Shown here: positions 55,802 to 63,518 of the stretch, in pieces | Layout: every line of letters begins with the position of its first letter | Numbering within the stretch: position 1 is the stretch's first letter | NCBI RefSeq assembly: GCF_048593235.1 | Contig: NC_133618.1 | Coordinates: forward strand, 558,778,465 to 558,842,464 | Source: Sminthopsis crassicaudata | Lineage: Eukaryota | Reading direction: 5' to 3' | Length of the DNA stretch: 64,000 bases | The notes under the pieces: generated by a model | The model's input: only the letters and a program-made list of their open reading frames with translations | The model's database searches: none | What the model was told of the DNA's origin: nothing | Program-made: the position numbers and the translations under genes

Positions 55802-55820
55802 TGGCGTCCACACGTGGGGC
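55802..55820 (+). promoter_or_regulatory. primer-binding site 1, tRNA-Lys1,2(CUU)-like
   Basis: tggcgtccacacgtggggc versus canonical TGGCGCCCAACGTGGGGC: one substitution (G-U compatible) and a 1-nt insertion; 2 nt from the LTR end. Confidence 0.85.
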
Positions 55821-55871
55821 AAGGACTTTTGCTTATCCTGACAAGAGGAGCTAGACCAGACCTTCGCAATT

Positions 55872-55889
55872 TGGCGCCCGAACAGGGAC
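55872..55889 (+). promoter_or_regulatory. primer-binding site 2, perfect tRNA-Lys3(UUU)
   Basis: tggcgcccgaacagggac is an 18/18 match to the canonical Lys3 PBS (as in HIV-1); 72 nt downstream of the LTR end. Confidence 0.9.
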
Positions 55890-55954
55890 AGACACAGTCC
55901 TGATTCCAGTGGAAAAGCTTCCAATCTAGATCTCAGTCTCTCTGACCCAGAACC

Positions 55955-55960
55955 GTGAGT
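55955..55960 (+). promoter_or_regulatory. candidate major splice donor in the ERV leader
   Basis: cc|gtgagt between the PBS and the gag ATG, the usual position. Confidence 0.5.
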
Positions 55961-56057
55961 AACGAGGAAACTTTGTTAAAGATTAAGTGAGCGTGCTAAT
56001 AGATAAATAAGGAACTTAACTTGTTAAGGGCTAAACCAGGAATCTCTTATAGCTGAA

Positions 56058-57881
56058 ATGGGGCAGATGTTAGCTATATTCAATCCCTGGACCTCAGCCG
56101 ACTCAACCTCAGCCCCAGACGCAACCTCAGCTCCATTCAGGAGTGGTACTATAGAGAGTATAATCAACATAATTGAGGAGCAGAGTTTACTTGTAACCTG
56201 GGTACAGATTGCTAAACTCTTGGCTGCATTAAGACGCACATCCCCTTGGTTCTTAGAGGAAGAAAAGATAGATGTAGATAAATGGAAGCTAGTGGGATAT
56301 GAAATGAAAGAATTTCAAGCAAAAAATGGGCCTCGTTCAATTTCTGCAGAAGTATTTTATATCTACAACATAGTTCAATTAGCCTTAAACTATCAAGCAA
56401 GTTGTAGGAGAAGGAAAAGTTCTAAAAATGAACAGAGGAGGAAGTGTGAGGAAAAAAGGAAAGATCAAGATCTTTCCCTAGAGCAAGAGGATTTAAATGA
56501 GGAATTATGGTATGATTCTCTTGAAGAAGCTTCAACCCTGCCTAGAGAACAGATTATTGACAGGCCCACATCAACCCCACCTTCAGAGATGGAGGAAGAA
56601 AGAGGGGAAGAGGCAGAAACACAAACAGAATTGCCTGTGAAGCAGCCTAAGCCTATGACAAGATTAGAAAAAGCATTGGTTAAAGCTAAGAGAGAAGGAC
56701 AGGATATAAGTGATTTTATACATGCATATCCTGTGATTGAAGAGTTTGATTCTGTAGGTAAAAAAAGGAGAAGATATGCACCTTTAGATTTGAATAAAAT
56801 TAAGGATTTGAAAAAAGGTTGTACCCTTTATGGGGCTACATCAGCTTATGTCAAAATGTTACTAGATGGTTTGTCTTATGAAGTCCTAACCCCGAATGAT
56901 TGGAAATCCATAGCAAGGACATGTCTGGAACCTGGAGAAAATTTATTATGGCTTGCGGAATTTCATGAATTATGTAAAATTCAAGTCAGATGCAATTTGG
57001 AAATAGGAGTTAACACACAATTCACTTTTGAGCACTTAGCTGGTGAAGGTCAGTATGGAGAGAATTCGGAACAGATTCATTATACCATGACAATATATGA
57101 ACAAATTGCTAAGGCTGCAATAAAAGCTTGGGGTGTCCTTCCTGGACAGAAAGATCATGGAGAGGCTTTCACTAAAATACAGCAAGGTCCCAATGAACCT
57201 TTTGCAGATTTTGTGGGACGTTTGCAAACTGCTGTCAAAAGAACTATTGGAGAAAATTCAGCTACAGAAATAATGACCAGACATCTGGCTAAGGAAAATG
57301 CCAATGAGATTTGCAAAAGAATTATATGGGGATTAGACAAAGATGCTCCTTTAGAGGAGATCATAAGACGCTGTGCTACAGTGGGAACAAATGCTTTTTA
57401 CACCCGGACAATGATGAATGTGGAAAGACAGGGTCCCTCCTGGCAAGGGACTTCTAGAGAAACTCGGCGATGTTTTCAATGTGGAAAAATTGGGCATCTA
57501 AGAGCTCAGTGTAGGTATGGAGATACAGTGAGAAGACAGGGTGAAAGAAGACCTAAAACCCCATGTCCAAAATGCAACAGAGGACTCCATTGGGCATCAG
57601 AGTGTAGAATAATTCAGGGAAATGGGATGAGGGGCCCAGGTCCAGGGCCCCAGGCAAAAAAGACTTGGGGCATGATGGCAGCTGATGTTACACCCAAAGA
57701 GCCTTTAGAAGGTCAGGACTCTGATTTGATCAACCAGCAGAAACGCAATCACATGGCAGAAAGGGATTACCTGATAAGTGAGCCAAAAGGCAATCAGATT
57801 GCAAAAATGGATTACACTTGGGGAGAATACAGGCCTTTTAAACCAACAGGGCTGTGCCCAGTGCAAACAACTCCAATGTAA
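56058..57881 (+). CDS. gag: betaretrovirus-like Gag polyprotein (MA-CA-NC), intact, 607 aa
   Basis: MGQ start in a strong Kozak context; MA motif SPWFLEEEKIDVDKWKLVG; CA start PVIEEF; MHR IQQGPNEPFADFVGRL; two CCHC knuckles CFQCGKIGHLRAQC and CPKCNRGLHWASEC. Confidence 0.97.
   Translation: MGQMLAIFNPWTSADSTSAPDATSAPFRSGTIESIINIIEEQSLLVTWVQIAKLLAALRRTSPWFLEEEKIDVDKWKLVGYEMKEFQAKNGPRSISAEVFYIYNIVQLALNYQASCRRRKSSKNEQRRKCEEKRKDQDLSLEQEDLNEELWYDSLEEASTLPREQIIDRPTSTPPSEMEEERGEEAETQTELPVKQPKPMTRLEKALVKAKREGQDISDFIHAYPVIEEFDSVGKKRRRYAPLDLNKIKDLKKGCTLYGATSAYVKMLLDGLSYEVLTPNDWKSIARTCLEPGENLLWLAEFHELCKIQVRCNLEIGVNTQFTFEHLAGEGQYGENSEQIHYTMTIYEQIAKAAIKAWGVLPGQKDHGEAFTKIQQGPNEPFADFVGRLQTAVKRTIGENSATEIMTRHLAKENANEICKRIIWGLDKDAPLEEIIRRCATVGTNAFYTRTMMNVERQGPSWQGTSRETRRCFQCGKIGHLRAQCRYGDTVRRQGERRPKTPCPKCNRGLHWASECRIIQGNGMRGPGPGPQAKKTWGMMAADVTPKEPLEGQDSDLINQQKRNHMAERDYLISEPKGNQIAKMDYTWGEYRPFKPTGLCPVQTTPM
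57617..57671 (+). promoter_or_regulatory. gag-pro -1 ribosomal frameshift signal (slippery heptamer plus stem-loop/pseudoknot)
   Basis: G GGA AAT (57617-57623), 7-nt spacer, stem ggggccc/gggcccc (57631-57651), downstream tggggc (57666-57671). Same architecture as the SRV-1 gag-pro signal. Confidence 0.75.
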
Positions 57882-58078
57882 TTGTCAGATGATGAGAAGA
57901 GATTTAGAAAGTGGTAAATAGAAGGAAATTAGATAGGTTAACTGCCTGGGAGAGAGGGTTTGCTTGTATTTCTTCAGCAGGAGAAGGAATCAGATGGGTG
58001 CCAACGAGTCATATTCGCCTTGTCCATCAGAGAGAGACAGAAAAAGAGAAAGACCTCAAAATAAAGGAGAAGATCTAA
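57830..58078 (+). pseudogene. pol: decayed integrase C-terminal remnant
   Basis: RLTAWERGFACISSAGEGIRWVP matches the betaretroviral IN CTD. Relative to 63257-63518 it has an 8-bp deletion, TGG>TAG (57919-57921) and a +1 frameshift. Left boundary approximate. Confidence 0.85.
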
Positions 58079-58370
58079 GAAACATCTGACACTGAAAGAG
58101 CATGGATAATAAGAAGACTGTTAAAGAACTTTAAAAACCAGCAGGAATTATTGGACTTCCTCACACAAGATGAGACTAATGGACAATGGACTTATGGACA
58201 TTTATAAATTTTCAATTTATGATTATTTGATTATGATTATGTTATATACTTCTAGCATGTGTTATGTTACTATGTTACTATGTGCTTATGTAATTTATGT
58301 AATTATCTGTAATACTTCCCATATTGATGGATTTATGTTTCAAGGTCATGACTGTCCTATGTTCTAAATC

Positions 58371-58386
58371 AAAAGAAAGGGGGAGA
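58371..58386 (+). promoter_or_regulatory. polypurine tract
   Basis: aaaagaaagggggaga immediately before the 3' LTR. Confidence 0.95.
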
Positions 58387-58760
58387 TGTTAGGATTACTA
58401 AGTGAGAACTGAGGTTGTCTGGATAGTTACAAGGTGAGAACTCAGGTTGACTTGATAGAGGGGGCAAGCTCATTGGCTGGGGTGGTTCTTCCCAGAAGCC
58501 CTTGCATTATCCCACGCCCATTCTCTGGGAGAATAAAAGAAGAGGACTCTCAGAGAAAGAGGAAGACTCTGAATTGCATCAGGCTTGACGGGGCTCTCTG
58601 CAGGAAGGGAAGTCACTTCTTTGGACAAGAGTTAACAGCAACTGCCTGGAGACAACGGTTCGTTACAGGAAGAAGAATCTGTCTGAGAGATTTGAGTAGA
58701 CACAGCAGATCTCTTCCCAGAGAGCGATCCAGCAGCTTCTAGAGACGACAGCTCGCTACA
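58387..58760 (+). repeat. 3' LTR (374 bp)
   Basis: First 145 bp identical to the 5' LTR; last ~200 bp differ at 2 positions; central block replaced. Confidence 0.95.
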
Positions 58761-59089
58761 CATCCTATACATTCTGCCCTATAAAAGAAAATAAAAAATG
58801 GTTATGGTGCATTACATAATTATGTATGTAAACTGGGTAAGAGATGCTACATTGCAATATAATATTAATATAATATCCTTTGTTTTTCTTAATCCACTCT
58901 GGGCTAACCTTCCCAAAATTTACCCTGGCAGGTTGGGTACTCCCAAAGGCTTTAGTCACCTACTTTATATTCAAGTTATTCTGTTTATATTCAACTTATA
59001 CAAAACTATAACTGATGAGCCACCATCTCTGAGTTTACTTTAATAATAAGCCAATTGATAGAATTACCTTAAAAAGAATGACATTTGCT

Positions 59090-60050
59090 AAAATGTCACA
59101 GTAACATGACATACATAAAAGGTTATATCAAAAAGATATAAATGAGCAAAGAAGAAATTGTTTTTCAGACCTACTACTAGAGGAAGATTTCATGATCAAA
59201 CAATGGACATAGAGGATAAAAGAAGATAAAACAGATAATTTTGAGTACATAGAATTAAAAATCATTTGTTCAAATAAAATCTGTGTAGTTAAATTTAAAA
59301 GGAAAATGAATAACTGATAGTGAAATCTTTGTAATAAGTTGCTTTGATAAATGTTATAATATGGGAGCCACTTGCCAGTGATGGCTGGAGGTCTAACTCA
59401 GACCTGTAGAATGGATCTCTTCATGTGACAGGACGATGATGGTACAAGGAGATTGAGAAGCAGTTGCATTCTCTGATCTCCCAAATGAGAGGCAGTTGTG
59501 TTATTTGACCTCTCTGCTCTTTCCTTTTGCCCCCAATTTATTTCATTCTCAATTCACAAGGAACATCTGTGTTAGTAAAGGCTGGTTTGCAACTCCTTCA
59601 AGTGTTATGATTCACAATTTGTAGGCTCTAGGAGAATTGACCTGCCCCTTTACTTAGGCATGGTCCTTAACAGATAAAGTTCTCAGTCCTATAACATTTA
59701 AAGAATTGATTCAATGTATAAGAATGAGTCATTTTTACAAATAGTCAAATGATATGAGTACACAGTTTTCTAAGGAAAAAAAATCACATTAATATATGCA
59801 TTGAGAAAAAAACTGCTCTAAATCCCAAATAATTGTAAAAATGTAAAATAAAGCAACTCTGATCTTCCATCTTCCATCCATAAGAATGACAAAGTTTGCA
59901 ATGAAGGAAAATGAAAAATATTAGAAGGGTTACAGGAAAAAAATTCATTGTTGGACAGATAGGACTATATGAATTGATATAGACTTTCTGGAAAAAAAAG
60001 ATTTAGAACTTCATACCAAGAATGACTACAAGATATGCATTATTGAATGG
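59090..60050 (+). mobile_element. old L1 ORF2 fragment, interrupted by a solo LTR
   Basis: gataattttgagtacatagaattaaaaatcatttgttcaaataaaa...tttgataaa[LTR]gttctcagtcc...ataagaatgagtcattt...aaagcaactctga are L1 ORF2 motifs. Confidence 0.75.
59352..59672 (-). mobile_element. solo LTR (321 bp), ERV2-like
   Basis: tgtta...taaca termini with a perfect 6-bp TSD gataaa (59346-59351 and 59673-59678); the L1 continues on both sides. Strand inferred from the TGTTAAGG start and ATAAA position, less certain. Confidence 0.88.
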
Positions 60051-62549
60051 GAACACAATAAGTAACAAGATTAATTAATAAGCATTTATTAGGCATGTAT
60101 GTGTACAAAACTGTGCTAAGCCTTGAAAGAACAAAAAGAAATCAATCAAATCCATTGCCATCAAGAAACTTACATGTTAATTCAGAGTTCAACAGCTGCA
60201 TTAATCAGTATTTACAAGATAAATATATAGTATAGGAGAGAGATCCTCAGAGCTAAAGGCACTAACAGTCACTAGCAAGACAATTTGAAATGGGGAAAGA
60301 GTATTATCTTGCTATGGGTATACAACAATTCCAATTCTGATGACAAAGAGGGTTAGTCTTAGAACTGTACGGTAATAATGACTCACATTTATATCAGTAG
60401 ATTTCTAGGATATGCTTTAAAATACCCTAAAAGGGACAGTTAGTGTTATTCCATCTGAAATCATCTTTATACCAACTCATTTAAGAACCAGAATGCAACT
60501 TTTGCTCTAAGCAAAAAAGGGAAAAAAATGAAGAATTTAAAGATCTAATCAAATAAGAGCTCCTCAAGCCAGATAACACATTCTTGATAGCTATAACAAT
60601 TATATTGATATTAAAAGCATAATGACATTATGAGCCTTTATAGATATAATTAATGTAAGGTTACTAAGCACTTAAGTAGAATATATACCCAATATCTATG
60701 GTCAATAATTATTATTTTTCCAATTTTTCTGAGGGAAAAATCTATTCAAAATTTAACTTTTTCCAAACTTAACAATAGATAATTTTTCACATGCTACCTA
60801 AAACGTTCAATGAACAGTTACTGAAGGACATTTTGTGTTAAATACCTTCAATTCAGAATTGACATTATCCATAGGATTTTCCAGGACTTCATTAAAATAC
60901 CACTTTCTACTATTCAAAGTATAGTTTGATATTTGATGTCTTGACTATGAGAATATTCAATGATCATCTAGTGGGAAGACTTCAGGAAATTATGTCATTA
61001 TAATATGCCAGATAGTTGAATGATAAAGGAGACATGTCATATAACTTCTAGAATCCGAGTGAGTACTTGGACAGTTCTGCTGTCATTCAGTTAACCTTGA
61101 TCATCCATGATGCTCTTTCCACACTGAGCAAAGAAGGTTCTTCTGGGTCTACTCAATTTCAACTATATTTTTCATATTAGGAGTCTACAATTGCTGAAAA
61201 TGCTTTTGTATCTATTAGGAAAATATATCCCATAGAACTGAATTGATGAGCATAAAAATGCTTTCTGGAATGTCAAGGACCATTATTGATTTCTGGTTCT
61301 GTGCCAATATAATAATAATGAACTTAAATCTTACTACTGATGTTTCACTTTGGAGTTGAAACTCTGGCTGCTTACTACAAAAGAACAATGTTATCTAACA
61401 ACAGAAAAGGTTGGATTTTGTTTTTGTTTTTGTCAATCTATGTGAGTAAAAAGGCCTGCAACTACCCTTATAACCATGTCATTATAATGTATATTGATCG
61501 CCAGTCCCCTGTGGGACTCTTTCTAAGAATAAACTTACACTTTTAATTATGTCAACATGGATGCATGACTTTAGTCTTTTGTTCATTTCTTATGTGCATA
61601 TACTTGCCCACAAACATGGAAATTCAATATTAAATGCTATTTTCCTGGGCCATCTATGACAGATTCCAGATTCTATTATGGAAGTCTTGATTTTCGAAAT
61701 ATTTCCAGTTCTAACTTTTCCAACTGATTTTTGATGAAACATTGAATAGAATCCCAGTTTATCCTGCTTTCACCTGTATAGCCAAAGTATATAGTAGGGA
61801 AATTAGATGGAAAAGTCAGATCATGGATAGTTTCATTTAAAATGACATAACACCAATGTTCTTTCATTATTTATTTAATTATTATTTTATACCAAAGCAT
61901 CCACATGGCACAAAGTACATCTAGGGATTATTTTCATTTAAGTATTGACTAGAGACTGTCTGGTGATTCAGAAATGATTCTGATATTGAAAAGAACAAGG
62001 CAATATAGTATATATCAGGCTGCTTAGAATAACCAGATAAATATACTTACTTTTTAAAAGGAAGTCAGGCTGAATTTTTAATAAGAAAAGCTTTCCTTGA
62101 CTCTTTCCAGGCAAATGTAGTGTAGGATATCTACAACTAATAAGAATAAATCACAAATGCTACTCTATGTACCTTCTATTTACTTATTTTTACTATTAGC
62201 ATGAGATCTCAGAACTTTAAGTTTGAGGAACTAGGTTCCTACTAGTATAACTGATGTCATAAATCTTGTAGCATAAAAGTTTTATAATATGTGTGCTATG
62301 TTACCTTGCCATACAGATTAAATGTAAAAGTATTTTTTTCCATTTGAGTTGGTAGCAATAGGATTTATAGAGAATTTTTTTTTTCAAGCCATCCAGTTTT
62401 TTTTTTTTTTTTTTTTTGGTTGCATTTCTTTGAGAAATTATTAGAACTACAATGTGATACAAGCAAGAATAGTTCTAGGGGTCACTTCAACTACTGAAGT
62501 GATATCATTTTAATATTTCTATTCCTACTCATTATACAGATTGCCTAAC

Positions 62550-62948
62550 TGTAAAGTTCTTGAATTGAAAGGGTCCAGTCATCTGCTCAATTATAATCCT
62601 TCTCTGGGAGGAGATCTGTAAAATCTTTTCCTCTGTGCACAGGTTTCTTGGGAGCTCTGAATCTCCTTCAGCTTTTGTCCTTCCCCAAATCAGACTGGTC
62701 TCCTTTCAGCCTGCCTGGCATCACAACTCTATCCCAGAGTAGATTCTCTCAGACCCAATGCTGCTCTTCTTTTATCCTCCCAGAGAATAGGCATGTGAGA
62801 ACTCAATGGGGCGTGGGGAAATACTTCCACCAATTAACTTGCTCCTCTTAGAATTCCTAAGGTGTAAACTCCCTTTAAAGGCCCGAACCAAAGGTCTGAG
62901 CCAGAGAACTATCAAGTCAACCTAACTTCTCACCTTGTAATCCTAACA
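62550..62948 (-). repeat. 3' LTR (399 bp) of a second, related ERV
   Basis: Reverse complement starts tgttaggattac, shares ctctgggaggataaaaga and ggagattcagagc with the first ERV's LTR, ends ttaca; PPT adjacent at 62949-62964. Confidence 0.9.
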
Positions 62949-63518
62949 TCTCCCCCTTTCTTTTGATTTAGAACATAGGGTGGTCATGACCTTGAAACAT
63001 AAATCCATCAATATGAGAGGTATTACACATAATTACATAAATTACATAAGCACATAGTAATATAGTAACATAACACATACTAGAAGTATGTAACAAATAA
63101 CATGATCAAATAATCATAAATTGAAAATTTATAAATGTCCATAAGTCCATTGTCCATTAGTCTCATCTTGTGTTAGGAAATCCAATGATTCCTGCTGGTT
63201 TTAAAGTTCTTTAACAGTCTTCTTATTAACCATGCTCTTTCAGTATCAGATGTTTCTTAGATCTCCTTTGTTTTGATGTTTTTCTCTTTTTCTGTCTCTC
63301 TCTGATGGACAAGGCAAATACGGTTCGTTGACGCCCATCTGACTCCTTCTCCATCTGAAGAAATACAAGCAAACCCTCTCCCCCAAGCAGTTAACCTATC
63401 TGGTCCCTTCCATTCACCTCTTTCTGCGTCTCTCCACATCACCTGGCGATTATCTAAGGACAATGGAGCTGCTCGCACTGGACACTGCCCTTCTGGTGAG
63501 TTATAAAACCTGTCTGCC
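62949..63518 (-). mobile_element. pol: env-less ERV 3' internal region (IN C-terminus, 3'UTR, PPT)
   Basis: 63257-~63518 reads ADRFYNSPEGQCPV...MWRDAERGEWKGPDRLTAWGRGFACISSDGEGVRW...*, an open IN CTD. About 290 nt of UTR then the PPT, so no room for env. Confidence 0.9.

Larger units (their letters stand above)
55370..58760 (+). mobile_element. betaretrovirus-like (ERV2) provirus, gag-only internal-deletion type, 3.4 kb
   Basis: Two TG...CA LTRs, tRNA-Lys PBS, intact gag, integrase remnant, PPT, and 5-bp TSD catcc (55365-55369 and 58761-58765). Confidence 0.97.

Noticed and set aside
55417-55924. ORFs of 64-118 aa in the LTR and leader (also 58434-58742) as possible accessory genes such as sag or rec
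   Set aside because: Weak or non-ATG starts, no recognisable motif, and the frames are not preserved between the two LTRs or in the related LTR at 62550.
56024-57364. Antisense ORFs overlapping gag
   Set aside because: Short (62-71 aa); expected as shadows of a long coding sequence.
58079-58207. 42 open codons in frame after the IN stop (ETSDTERAWIIRRLL...), possible env remnant or read-through
   Set aside because: No ATG, signal peptide or env motif; frameshifted by 1 nt in the second ERV.
58725-58745. G>A differences in the 3' LTR as an APOBEC signature
   Set aside because: Only 2-3 sites, one of them a CpG transition; not enough to claim editing.
60880-61880. Unique-looking stretch as a possible decayed transposase or LINE
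   Set aside because: No family motif could be recognised by eye; needs a Dfam search.
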